A DNA stretch of 64,000 nucleotides from Setoptus koraiensis (taxonomy: Eukaryota > Animalia > Arthropoda): the NCBI GenBank assembly GCA_048013815.1, contig CM106586.1, forward strand, positions 16,616,001 through 16,680,000, given 5' to 3'. Below the pieces are notes generated by a model. That model was given only the letters and a program-made list of their open reading frames with translations. It was not told the origin of the DNA and searched no databases. Position 1 is the stretch's first letter, and each line of letters begins with the position of its first letter. The translations under genes were made by a program, and so were the position numbers. Positions 23,932 through 36,721 of the stretch are shown one piece after another.

Positions 23932-25900
23932 TTATGCAGCCGCCAAATAGCTTTTGCCATTTTCCGATTGTTGCTTCAAATCTATCATACTATCCGGTTG
24001 CTTTCGTTTGTTTTCCTTTTCGAAATCTTGCAAGTTATTCTTGCCGAAGAGCATGAAAACAGTTGTTCCAAATGCTGTAACTGCTGCTGCGACATACCAG
24101 AAAGTATTCCATTGAGCTCTGTTAGTTCTATCAGTCACAATCCATCCATGAAACTTGGGCACTAAAAATCCTGTTGAGCTTCCTATGCAATTAGCTAAGG
24201 CATAGATGGTGCCGGCAAAGTCTAAAATTGCAAAATCAAAGTAGCGGAAAACACATTTTCATGATAAGTGCTGATGTGGAAGGCGACAATAAAAACGTGA
24301 ACAGTTACTTAAATGTTACGGTCTTACCCAAAGTCAATTCCGATGGCAACTGTACCTCGCCGCCGTTAATCAGACTGTAGAGAGCAATTTGAACGAAGAG
24401 TAGCACCAAAACATAGACTCTGCTGCATCCGATGATCGGAAGTAATATAAAGCAAAGGGATTGACTGTAGAGAGCTGTAACGACGGCAACCAAAAGACAA
24501 ATTACAAGTTATAAAATAGCATCACAATGATGAAGAAAGATTATAGTTGTAACAGGATCAAAACTTTCACTAATGGACTTGATATCTCACCTAAGCCTTC
24601 GAAGAGCTTTCTTGTTTGGAGTCTGTTCAAATTGAATGCCCTCGTCTGGATCATGTAGGTTGATAAAGATCCAGCTATTGGTGATGTCACACAAAACAAG
24701 GCGAATATGCTTGAATTGATTAGGCCATTCTATAGTGGAAAGGCAAGAGAACAATGATGGGATGATTAGAGAAGTTACTAGTAAAATGACAATACAGTTT
24801 GGATGCAACTTACCATAAATGTTGGTATATATAAAATAGAATTTAAATAAGTTGGCAATAGAAGCATCACTATTGAAAACGACCAGTTAGCAGAAAAGAA
24901 AGTGCTTATCATAGCCCAAACAGGAACATTGGTGAGAATCTTCTTCCAGCTTGGATCTTTTCTAATTGTATTCTGTTCGTCTCCTAATTGTTCCATGTTA
25001 GATTCAATATAATCGATCTCTTGTATAGAAATAAACTTGTGTGATCTTGGCTCACTGGCTGACAATAATATCCACACCACGCCCCAGATAGCACAAATGG
25101 CTCCAGAGATGTAAAACACCATGGGCCAGCCTGGCTCCACTTGACACAAATAACCTGCACCAGTGGATGAAATAATCGATCCGATGTAGGCTCCAACGTA
25201 AAGTATTGGTAAAGCTTGCGATCTTTCCACAGGCGGAAGCCATTTTGTGTACAGGATGTAACCTGCTGGATAGATGGCTGTTTGGCAGACTCCCATTAAC
25301 AGGCGGATCAAAATGAATGCATAAAGATGGAAGTCGGCGGCTATGGGAGACAGTAGACTGAGGACAGCGGATCCGAGGCCTGCGACAGCCATCACCCATT
25401 TGGCGCCCACTATTTCGGCCAATCTAGCGGCAGGTATCTGACAGAAGACATAGGTCCAGAAGAAGGCTGCCTGAACATCGCCGGCATCGTTCTGGGTCCA
25501 GTCATATTTTGGTCCGTAAGTTTGTCGATCAGCTTTCTCAGTGCCAGTTGTTGCTGGTGCTGGACAGGTGTCATAAGATGAGAATGCACTTTGATTGTTG
25601 TTCACGTCAACCTCGGTCACATTCTCTGGCTCCTTTACCATAGCCACAATGGTCATGCTAATTCAGGTTAATGGGAGACAATTGGAGATTGAAAGCAACA
25701 ACGACAAGTTAATATACTTTCACTTCGCACAAAGTATCATTTCACCTCTATCTAACACGGTGATTGACTATAGCGACTTACCTCAGATTTAGTCGACTGA
25801 TGTAACATATGACCGGGCAAAAAGTAGTCAGAGCAATAATGAGATATCTAACCTTGATACAGCCAGCTTGTTTGGGCTGTTCTAAAACTATTTTCGACAT
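23932..25900 (-). CDS. SLC17-family MFS anion/phosphate cotransporter (sialin/Picot-like), 5 exons, ~512 aa
   Basis: Exons 25900-25782, 25657-24814, 24729-24591, 24474-24328 and 24221-23932 (1539 nt, phases consistent). Family motifs: RYLII..YISRLNLSMTIVAMV, YDW..Q..AFFWTY..QIP..LAE..GAKWV, W.PP.ERS, GWPMVFYISG, VPVWA, DFAGTIYALAN, QWNTFWY. Confidence 0.9.
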
Positions 25901-28009
25901 GTTTTGATTGTCAGTCAGATTTATTTGCTAGACTATTGGAGGATCCAATTGTTTCCGTCCTGTTATAGAAGATGGTTGAAAATGGGTGCCTGTTTCTATT
26001 ATGCTGATGTTGTCTTGTATAAGTGAATCCAAGCCGGTCGGCCGATAGCTATAGCAAATGGCCGAATTGATAGTGCTGATGATGGTGGTGTTTTCCGTGT
26101 TTGTTAATACGCTTTTTCCATGACGTTTATCACAAGGGCAATCTATTTCAATCACTCCTGTGTGTTTTGTTAATGATAGGATTAATTGAAAGTAGCATGA
26201 GTGTTGATTCTACTGTAATGTCCGATTGTTGTTTTATGTAGCAATAGTACCGAGTAAGATATGGACTAGTCTAATATTTGAAACTATCGATAATTATAAT
26301 ATTGGTAATTGGTTGTGGTGGCATCTTACAATCTTGCCAGTTTAAGAGCACACTTGTCTCAACATTGAGATGTGTTGTTGAAATACAAGTTCAGTGGCAA
26401 ATGTTTACTAGACATCTCAACATTTGCCAATCAAATGGTCTTGACATCACAACAGCTAAATCTGTCTACTTCAAAAACATCTAGTAGTATATATACTAAC
26501 CAGTATAGTGATTATTCCAACAAATATATTTGTGTCGATGGTAGTCGCACAACAACCGCCAACTCAAGAGTCTCAATAGTGAATTTAGGCGAGAGACAAG
26601 ATGTGAGTGGCAACCTTAGGGCTTTACGGAGAGCATCTTGATAACATGTTGTTGCTTATATGTAACTATTATTTAATCTAACAAATAAGGCGGCACCGAC
26701 AAGACAGACGGTCGGGCGGAACAATACTACTAATGATATTTATAGAAGCGTAACTTAATTTGTTTGGTGCGATTGTCGTTACTTGTATAAATGACAAAAG
26801 GGTTTGGTTGTTGGTCGACTGGAATATGTAATGTATATAATATGTAGACTAATACTAATAGTTTAAAGTGAACAGTAAATCAACTACTCATCACAGTAGA
26901 ATAATGTTGAATAGCGTGTATCGCAATCTGTCTATTTGTCATGATCAAGCATTTCTGATTACACTAGATGATTATAACCACCTAGAAATAGTTATAGTAC
27001 TAGTGGGATGATGATGATGATGTGCGGGAGTTGCTATGGCATTGACACAAAATTGAAAAACAAAACATTGATGTTCACGGTTAAATGTATAAACTAATAA
27101 TCGATATAAGTGATACAGAAACAAAAGTCTGACTCATTTACCATACTGATCCGGCAATCGAGCACAATACCATATGACCCCCATCTTATCATGAATGGAC
27201 TGCCGAGATCAGCGGGGCCAGGCCCGGCTCACCATTAACAGTAAGGTTCTCTCACATGAGCCATGCCTATCCCTCTACGTTGGCACAGATTGTGCTTAGG
27301 CACACTCCACACCGAGCATCACATGCCCGGGAGTTATTGCTGTCGCGCACCTAGATACTCAACTCAAACTGTTCGCACATTGTTCCGGTGAACAATCTGT
27401 GCCTTTGTGCAGCTCAAGCAAACTCACACGGGATGCTAGCGGCATCTTTACAGTGCCGAGACTAGCCAGATGGGAACATAGGGCATTTCGCGACCTAATT
27501 CGAATAGTCAGCTGATACACTATAACCGTCCGCTATTTTACACCATGCTATTTTTTAGAGGAGCAACCGTTTCTAAATTGTTGTATTTCCTGTCATAAAA
27601 AATACTGTTTGTCCTGACGAGGTTGTTGTAGCAAACAAGTATGTCACCTTGATTTAGCAAAGTGAATTTCATCAAAATCTGAGTGAGTCCATTTTAACCA
27701 ATACATTTGTTAGATTCAAAGCCGCTCTGGCTATGATTATGTTATGTATGTGTTGTGTCTAAACATGTGCTCTTTCAGAGCCTCAGAGACTGACTCTGCC
27801 AGTTATAGTATAACCACCGAGAACTGCTGCTCTGACTGAGCAATGTAAAACGTTCACTGGGACCCTCAAGACCCGACGCATAACGATCAAAACAACTGAA
27901 TACAGACATAGACTAATGAGCGACATCTGCTTTTGATTACTTTGGTGCTTTTACTTTTATTAATTACAACTATTACAAAACATTTCATGAGAAAATAGTA
28001 AGGTCTCAA

Positions 28010-30142
28010 TCACTGATGGGGGCGTTGTTGTAGATGGTGCGAAGGTTGTTGTTGAACCGTAAACAGGTTCATAAGATCCCTGTTCGTCTGAACCCACTGT
28101 ACATTTGGCGAACCTTGAGGATACATAGATCTGATAGTGTTGGGCATTTGATGTGTGCTAATAGCTGGTTGGTAAAATCTTGCAATTTTACTACTGGGGG
28201 GTAAGAAGGCCGTCAGAGGTGACGACGAAGAGGATTGATTGAACAATTGGTGCTGCTGGTGCTGCTGTTGCTGCTGCTGATCAAGGAATAAAAGTTGTTG
28301 TTGATGTTGCAGAAGTTGTTGTTGTTGCTGTTGTTGTTGCTGTTGTTGTTGCCGCTGTTGTTGTTGCTGTTGTTGTTGCTGCTGTTGTAACAAATGCTGT
28401 TGTTGTTGTACCATGAGGGCATGTTGTTGTTGCATTTGCAGGTGTTGTTGTTGTAACAAACTATTAGCATTGTTCCCGAAAGAGGGCCTAGGCCATTCTA
28501 GATGAGACCAATCGCGCAGATGATTCGCTTCAGGCGACACGGGCTCTAGGGGGATGATCTTGACAAGATCGTTGTTGGCAGCTAGAAGGGTCCCTTTGTC
28601 CTGAATGTCTGGCTCACTCAATGTCTGTGGAGTGCCAGGCAAATCAAGAGCACGCAACACCCCTAGCTCCCTATCGGCTTCGAAGCCTTTCTCTTGACTA
28701 TTCCAACCGGGTTCGAGAACTTGAAATGCAAAATCGATAGGAATTAGAGATTTCCAAGTTGTTATATCACCATCTTTTGACCCTCTTGGCCAGCCGTCAT
28801 GACTAAGAGTTCTCTTGAGCGCGTTAGAAGATCTAGTGCCAAAGGAATCTCTACGCTCGTTGCGAGTCGAGACACCGCCATTGGCGGCGTCTTGAGTAGT
28901 AGGCGAAGTAGGGACACCACTATTTAAGGTGCCATTAATTGCATCATAATCAGGCCGACTAACATTACATCTTTCATCTTCGTAAAAGTCAAAGTAATGC
29001 ACCTGAGTCAAATCTTTATCACATTGCCAAGACAGAGACTTTCTATTTCGCGGCCTCTTAATGTCATTGAGCAAGATAGTGGGCGCGATTTTAAGCTTTT
29101 TAGATTTTTTTTTGCTTGACTGCGAGCCGTTCTCATTTACTAGAGCTTGCCATCGCTCGAACAAGGGCAAGGCAAGTTTAGAAATGTTATCATTCTCATG
29201 TTTACTCAGAGATTTAACCCATCTTGGGGTTGAAACATTCTTTGTCGAGATGGTTGAATAAGTCATAGGAACTTTAGTTAGTAGCTCTAGTAGCTCTATC
29301 AGCGAATCGACGTCATTCTCCTGTTTAGCTTCCTCGAACCACTTAGATATGATAATCCATCCTCCTAGATTTGGATTTAAGAATCTGTTTTTGTGTGAAT
29401 GTGTTTGAGATGGTATTGCAAACACAATATCAGGACAATCGATGTTGACGGACAGGTGGCGCGTGTAGAGATCGATAGTATGGGGAGGGTGCAACAGAAG
29501 AGTGGTGGTGTTGGGATTGTTGGAACGACAAAAAAAAAGACGTAATGGGTTGGTTGGTTGGTTGGCGCGACAATCATCACAGTGGCGGCAAACACAAAAA
29601 CAAAATGACCATAGTTACCGTGGTATTGGCGGTAATGAAAAAGGGTAATCACAATAGTAATAATTGCACAAGTGAGGGTAATATTAGGATGTTGAAATTT
29701 GACGAAATGTTGTTGCAAAATGTTGGATGGTGCAGCGGTCAGTTTGCGGTGGGCCGGGGAAACAAGAGAGATATTAATGGGTTTGATATAAATGGAAGAA
29801 AGAAATAAGAGAGATATGAGTATGAGACATTAATTGGTCGTAGGTTTCAGTGTGAGCTTGACGGAGTGATCACTAGATGGAGGGGTGCAATGGCAAAAAT
29901 CCGAATTGGCACCCCTCCATCAGGGTCCGGCAGCAGGGTGGCTTTGAAGCGTCGGAAACGTACCTTTCTAGGATGGAGGATTTGGTCCTTTTTAATATTT
30001 GACAATAGAGGCACCGTAAATCTAAGAGACTGTCTGTTCTCTTGACCATATCAACAAATTCCTCTAAGTGGCTCTCGATAGTTCCGTTGGCTGTGAGGAA
30101 CACATCGCCACAACTATCAAGCAATCCCATAAAATGTTCCAT
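28010..30142 (-). CDS. PPP1R10: PNUTS / PP1 regulatory subunit 10-like, shortened, ~517 aa
   Basis: Exons 30142-29964 and 29384-28010 (phase 2, total 1554 nt). An acceptor at 30170-30171 allows a further 5' exon. N-terminal TFIIS-N-like domain (RCLYCQILKRT..RFL..GGWIIISKW..LLTKVPMT..WVKSLSK..LALPLFERW) and PP1-binding RKSLSW..YFDFYEDERCNV. AATAAA lies shortly downstream of the stop. Confidence 0.85.
28250..28455 (-). repeat. CAA/CAG polyglutamine-coding repeat in PNUTS
   Basis: Mixed (TTG/CTG)n on the plus strand, translating to a Q-rich tract. Confidence 0.95.
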
Positions 30143-31058
30143 TAATGATGTGAAATGTTTGTCGCGAGACTGAAAAATTCAAATACAAATATATAGAATA
30201 ATAATAAAATAAAGAATAATAATAATAATAATAATAATGATTTTATTATTATTATCGCCTATTGTACATCATACTATTGTGAGTGCGCTGGGATCTGTTA
30301 TTAAACGTAGTTTACACATTCTACGCTAACACTGTGTACACTGTACACAGTACAGTACATACACATACAGTCAGCACACAATCAATAGCACAGTAGAAGG
30401 CTGCGGTATTGTAGCGATAGCAGCTATCCGCGCTGATACCCAACACTCACTTACACTGTATGAATACCCTTTATGTTGTCGGATATTTCAGCTCGAGTGC
30501 GACATGTAGTACTGCGTTACTGCCACCAATGAACGTCTGTAAGTTATACAGTCTACAGTTGCACACTACAAGTTCCCTTTGTACAGTGTGCGCTTTTTAC
30601 AGTCCACTTCTTCCAAGTTCGCCATTATTCCGCCAGGGCGGCGTACTTGGATTTTTATGCGCAGTTCGATCAAGTAGCAGTTGATCTTGCGGAGTGCCTA
30701 TCTAAAGGAACATTTAAACCTATCCACCATCACCAACCCAATAGCTACTTAATTAAAATTAAGCGCTAAAAACACCTAATCTCATCTGAAATGAGATCAG
30801 AATAAATAACCATCTAACGTAACACTGTGAGCTTCAGTATACATCCAATCACGCTCTGAGCGCTTCTGGCGGAATAAAAATGAACCTCGAAGATCCGTAG
30901 TAGAAAAAGCGCACACGGTACTGTGTTTCTCAAATGCGCGAAGTGCAACCATCAACATTTCTAAAGCGCATGCCCGTCTGTTATATCATTCCGGTTATTA
31001 TATAGTTGGTTTGTTTGTTTTCAAACATGAACACTCTCGCCAATGGCGACTTCGGTTT

Positions 31059-31330
31059 CTGGGCGGTTGAGCCGCCCAGGGCGGTCATGCCCGCCGCCCA
31101 AGATCCGCCCAAATGCTGGGCATGCCCAACCGCCCAAGTCGGGCGGATTCATGGTTTGGTAATGCCCGGCTGAGCAGCCCTCCTACCCGCAGCACCACTA
31201 GAAACCACAACTGACTGGTGCTGTGGGCGGATCCGACTTGGGCGGCTGGGAGGTGGGTATGCCCGTCCACCCGAAATCCGTCCTAGCACTGGGCATGCCC
31301 AACCACACGTGCCCAGGAAATCAATGGTTC
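31059..31330. repeat. GC-rich island of CCGCCC(AA) motifs and nested inverted repeats (probable transposon subterminal remnant or GC-box cluster)
   Basis: About 10 CCGCCC/GGGCGG motifs. Hairpin CTGGGCGG-ttgag-CCGCCCAG (31059-31079). Inverted pair CCGCCCAAGTCGG / CCGACTTGGGCGG. GGGCATGCCCAACC occurs twice. Confidence 0.6.
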
Positions 31331-31387
31331 GATCATGCCTGGCGAGAGTTTCCGCCCCAACTTTGCTCCGAATGTGACTTAACACCC

Positions 31388-31679
31388 GCAAAGGGGGTGT
31401 TGCGTTTTTGGGCTAAAATTTCAAACTGATATTAGAGACAAAACTCTTTTATTTTGTCCGACAGTGGTCCACCAGCTGAGTACCCTGACCGCCCTCACTT
31501 CCGGTCAACACGCCCCCATCACCGTGAAAACCTCAAATATGTGCTTCTTTCCCGGGGCGTGTTGACCGGAAGTGAGGGCGGTCAGGGTACTCACCTGGTG
31601 GACCACTGTAGGACAAAAAAGAGTTTTGTCTCTAATATCAGTTTGAAATTTTAGCCCAGAAACGCAGCACCCCCTTTGC
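31388..31679. mobile_element. Foldback/MITE-like element: ~128-bp terminal inverted repeats around a 37-bp spacer
   Basis: Left arm 31388-31516 and right arm 31554-31679 are reverse complements with ~4 substitutions and one 3-nt indel. Non-coding. No clear target-site duplication. Confidence 0.8.
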
Positions 31680-32309
31680 ACCTGCAAATGACGATTTTGC
31701 CCCATCTATAACATGCACGCTCGAAATGGTTGAAAAAAAAAAAACCATCGAGGATCGCTACACATCCTTTGTAGCTGAAAAACTACACAACACTGTGAAC
31801 AACTTCCTGTCGATTAAATTCTTATTCTGAGGAAAATAAAACTTGAGAAATATTATAGAGACGATTCATAATTTGTTTCATATTTTTTTAATCTTAATCA
31901 AGTCACCTATCTGATTTACGAGCGTTTGAACAATTTAACGAAATTATGCGTTCTATTAGCGTCTTGTAGAAGATTTGTGCGGAGAAAGTTTATAAATTGA
32001 TTCTCTCCTACGCTCGATCAAATCTTTCAGGGGGAGGGGGAAATGATGTTAAGGCTGGTCCTTCTTGAAGTTGCCAGTGAGAACCATTCGCGTTAAGGCA
32101 AGTCACAGGTAGTACCAAAAAAGATTATGAAGAAATAAATTCTAAGTCTCGGACTTGTGTTTACAGTAAATAAACTTTGATGGCTCGAAACCACAAGGCT
32201 GTTATATTCAACTTCTAGCCAAAACTGAGGTATGACTATTACATTAGCTATGGTCGTTGTTATGTAATTTCAGCTTTTAGTGTGAATCATCGGTATCTAT
32301 AGTTTCGTC

Positions 32310-35300
32310 TCATTTCTTACTAGATTGTTGTATTCTTAAGGTATTGAGACGGCGATAAAACAGAAGGTAAGGTGTTCTTGGAGGGTCTGGGCACAATAAC
32401 TGTTGGGTAGATATAACCTTCAGAGTGCTGTCATCACATCTAATCCATTGGCTACTGCCTATATGATAGACATCTGTAAGGTAGTGGCCTTTAATCGCCT
32501 CATTTCCATCATGATAAACGACTGCAAAGAAGAAATGAAGTTAATAAGTGAATCAAAGTTTTTGGCTCCTCAGGTCCGTGAACTGATTCTTGAATGAGTT
32601 TACTTACCAGCTAGTAATTTATAAGATTTTGATGTGTGATTTCTATCAAAATAATTTTGTTTATCGTGAAGACAATTATCGGGTAGTAAGAAATCAATAG
32701 GGTAGTCAATTTTTTTGACTAATTTGCGAAGACCTTGATCTTGAGTATAGACAAACTGCTTCAAATGTAGAATCAGTATAGGGGGCAGTTGATCTAAGGA
32801 TGTTCGGCAAGATGCATCTAGCTTCTGCTTTGTCTTCGAACAGTAAAAGTCATGAATTGTTTCTGGGGTCGTGAAAGACTTGATTGCGTCTTGAACAGAT
32901 TTTACATTATCACTCTACGTGAGTAAATGAGCAACACAAATAGAATTGAAAAAAATATAGAATTAGTCGATCATTCTATAAATGCATGATAGAGTAATGG
33001 TCGTTACTATTCAACTCACCGATATATCTAACTGAAGAGCAAAGAACGGCTGTCTATGCCCGCACTTATCTTTTCCAGCAGTCCTCAAAGAGAAAAGAGA
33101 ACCGCCAAATATATCTTGTATGGGTGTATTTATAACTTTGGCAGATCTTATGGGTAAGGATCTGTTCCGGGGACCAACCTCACGCCAATCGTCTCCGTTT
33201 GTTTCGTCACTCGAGTCGGCTTGGGCGCTATTATTATCTGACTGACCTCCTTGAGAGCTTGATTGTGCTATTTCGGATAGATCGACCATTTCTTCGTGTA
33301 GTCCGTTCAGCACGGAGGATAAAAATTCTTCAGCATCTTCTTGTGCTCCTGTTTGAAGACATGATAAAAAATCAGAAAGATAAATTTCAAGCTTCTGCAT
33401 GATAACTGATAATTCTGATATATCAATCAGTGTGAACGACTAACCTTTTAGACACTCTGACTTGATTTCTCCCAGTACATTATATATACATCTAGGTTCG
33501 ATCGGTTCTGCTTGAAGTTCGTCCATTGGCATACGCTGATCTTGATTGGAAGAGGTCCTATTTTTTCTATTACTAGTCTCAGGTGGCAGAAAATTCAAGA
33601 AGAATTCTGCAAAACTGTCTATTATGGGAGTGCAGGAGTTGGGACGCTTCAGTCCTTTTATTTCACCTAACTCGTGCATCAAGTTGTAAAAAGGAGGACA
33701 TGCTACAAGTGCTTGTAAAGTAGCATTGATGTAGCACCCGTTACCTCTGTTTATAAACCCTCGAGATCTGAGAAAAGGCAAGGAGTGTTTGAGGGTGATT
33801 TCTTGAATCTTTTTGGCCAACTTCGGCGCAAATTCATCCAGGTTTTTTCTCGATTCGGCTTGACTAGCTGACTCATGGCTGGCATAACGACCTGATAATC
33901 TGTGCCGTTTGGAGCGACCTGTGGATAAGTTGCCGGTTGCAACGTCTGAACTGCCGTTAGTATTGCTGATTGTACCATCTTTAGATCGATCTCTTGAAGA
34001 TATGGATCTATCATTTTCAGTTGCAAAACTGGTCGAACCATCGGCGTTTTTCGTTTTAAACAGGTCTGTCCACAATGACTTGGAGTTCGAAGATCGAACA
34101 GAGGTAGAACTTTGTTCAGCATCCTCTTGAGATTCTATGTCTATATCGGAAGATTCTTGAATTGCTTTCGGAGGACGCGAAGATTGTTCGTGATTGGAAC
34201 TTTGACTATCACGTGTTGTTGAGGAAGAACGTTTTGGGGCTTCTTGTGACTCTGGAGCCGATTGGTTCATCACTATTTCTTCGTTATTGGTATTAGTAGT
34301 CTCATCAGTTTTCACAGATACATTATCAGATGAGTTTGTTTGGACATAGTCAGCAGGCAGTGACCTCTTATTGGCCCACGAGTTAGAAGAACGTGATTGA
34401 TTTTCATTATTAAACCTTGCTTGTTTGGCCAATTGTTGCTTAGAGAAACGACCATTAGTATTGGCGTTACCAGAGCGTTCAATAGAACTATCCTCCACCT
34501 TGAGTTCGGCAGATTGCTGATGATTTTCCTGGGAGGCTTTTCTACTATGGGTACCGGACAGTCTATTCTTATAGCTAGCTCGTGTTTGAGAGCTATAGGA
34601 GGCGAAACCATTCACGAGGCCTTTTGTGTCATTGATAGAATTATTTTCTTGATATGTTTCTTTCATCATTGTATTGTCCATCTTAGCATTTCTTTTTTCG
34701 GCACGAATTTCCTCATGGGTATGTGATTGGTCTACTTCAGGATTGATACGGCCCGGTATTTGCTCTGCTTGTGTATTGGTGCTCTGATCATCAACATTAG
34801 ATGCCTCACTGTGTCTGGAGCTTTCGTTTGACTCATGGTTACTGTTAGCACTTTTATCTGGCAACCTCGGACTATCAGAGCTCGCGGTGGATGATTGAGC
34901 TGAGCTGGTTTCACCATTCGGCGAATGGCGTCGATGATGGTGGTGATTCGTAGCGTGAAATTGTGGTGGTTGATGCGGCCTTGTTTGCTGCATCCCAGGC
35001 GCGGGTGGTGGATTCGTAGATGATTGTTGCGGCGGAACTTGTCCTTGAGGAGGAACAACTGAGTTGGTTGGTATCATGTAGGTCGGCATAGGAAAGTGTG
35101 GAACTGAAAAGAAGCAAGGATATATGGCATGAGGGCCATAAGCTAGCTGTGGGCCGAAAGTGGGTACGTGAGATGCTGCCATTGCATAAGATTGACCAGA
35201 TGCTATATCCATCATTACAGAGTTCATATCGCCAGACATCGACGAGAGCTGAACATTAGTTCCATCTTGACTGTACATAGTTTTTTGGTCACTCTTTGAA

Positions 35301-36352
35301 CTCATTTTGGCATTTTGTATAAGTTGTAAAGGGGGCTGTAGATTTCCATTGTATCCAGGAGGCATAGTTTGTTGCTGTTCTGAAGTTGTAGCTGGGTTGG
35401 AGGAGGCACTGTCGTTAGTACTCACGTTTCTGACGCGAATACTGGTATCATTAGTATTTTGACTATTGGGGCTGATTGTGTTGGTGGAGTTGCTAATGCT
35501 ATTATTCTGAAAGTGGTTTTGATAGTGATGGTGTAGATTGCTACTGTTACTCGCGTTATGGTTTGCGTGAATATTATTGTTATAATGTTTCCGTGATTGA
35601 TAGGGTATTCTAGGTTGGGACTGGGGGTGTGCTGCATGTGAATGTTGCGAATTGTGTATAGACCTATGATGCTGATTTTGGTTAGAGGATGAATTCTGTA
35701 GAACAATCTGCATAGGTACTTGAGGCGGACCGGAAGTATTGCTGAGGCCTTGTTGCACAAGAGGAGGCTGCATATTGTAATTAGTTTTTATTGCCCCATG
35801 AGGAAAAGGTGCAGCTATTTGACTTTGGTTCAGCAGGGGAGAATCCACAATACTATTTGTATTAGTTGCAGATACATCAGAATGATGTGCCGCCATATGT
35901 GGTGAAGTTGAAATTGGTGCCATAGGCTGAATTGTATTCACATGAACTGCTGAAGGTTTAAGTTCAACTGTCGGGATTGGAACAACTGGTGCGGCAATGT
36001 TGGGACTTCCAACTTTTGTAAGGGAATCACCATAATTAGTATCAATGTTGTTAACGTTTTTAGCATCACAGTCGAAATTGTTGTCACTGCCCACCGAGCG
36101 GTTCTGTCCATTCAATCGGTCACTGTCTATTTTACATGCCGACTTCAAGTCGAACGGGAACTGTAAGTATGAAGATGAAAACGTTTAAGAATTGAAAATT
36201 ATCTAGAATATGTAGGAGAGATTAGATAATAACAATATGCGGATGGCAGATGAATAGCATACCTCAATGTTCGCGGGGGGAGAATTAGACAGAATTTCCG
36301 TTATTAGACGTCGCTCCTCGTCACTTGCATTGCGAAGATCGAGAAAATTCAT
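32310..36352 (-). CDS. USP10: Ubiquitin carboxyl-terminal hydrolase 10, 5 coding exons, ~1217 aa
   Basis: Exons 36352-36263, 36160-33445, 33348-33020, 32914-32608 and 32521-32310 (3654 nt, phases consistent). Cys box RGFINRGNGCYINATLQALVACPPFY, QEDAEEFL..LNGLHEEM, LPPILILHLKQF, His box VYHDG..GHY.TDV..W..CDD, YLLFYRR. Confidence 0.93.
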
Positions 36353-36721
36353 GTTGTGTTCTGTATTTTATAGAAGCGAAATTTTGATGCCTTTTGGGCT
36401 AAATTCTGGATGATCGTATTCAGTCCAAGCTAACATAGGATATGATGACTAAATATATGAAAATTTGAAATAAGAATATCCTAATAGCGCTTATGTATCT
36501 ATTTCGTTGGGCGTGTTAAACTATGAATAGTTTTATCTAGTCCTATCCAGCTTCAATTATAAATTTATCTTGAATATATAGTTAAAAAATCTATCTATTT
36601 AGGGTCAACTAAAAAAATTGCTGCCTGCTCGTCTTGATCTAATATTGAGTCCTACAAACTGTACTGTTTCTATCAGATTGAATACAGCTTTTTTAGAAAA
36701 TATGCTCTCGAAAATATGGTA

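Noticed and set aside
29385-29494. N-terminal 36 aa of the 494-aa PNUTS ORF
   Set aside because: This is intron sequence. The true upstream exon is 30142-29964, with a phase-matched junction.
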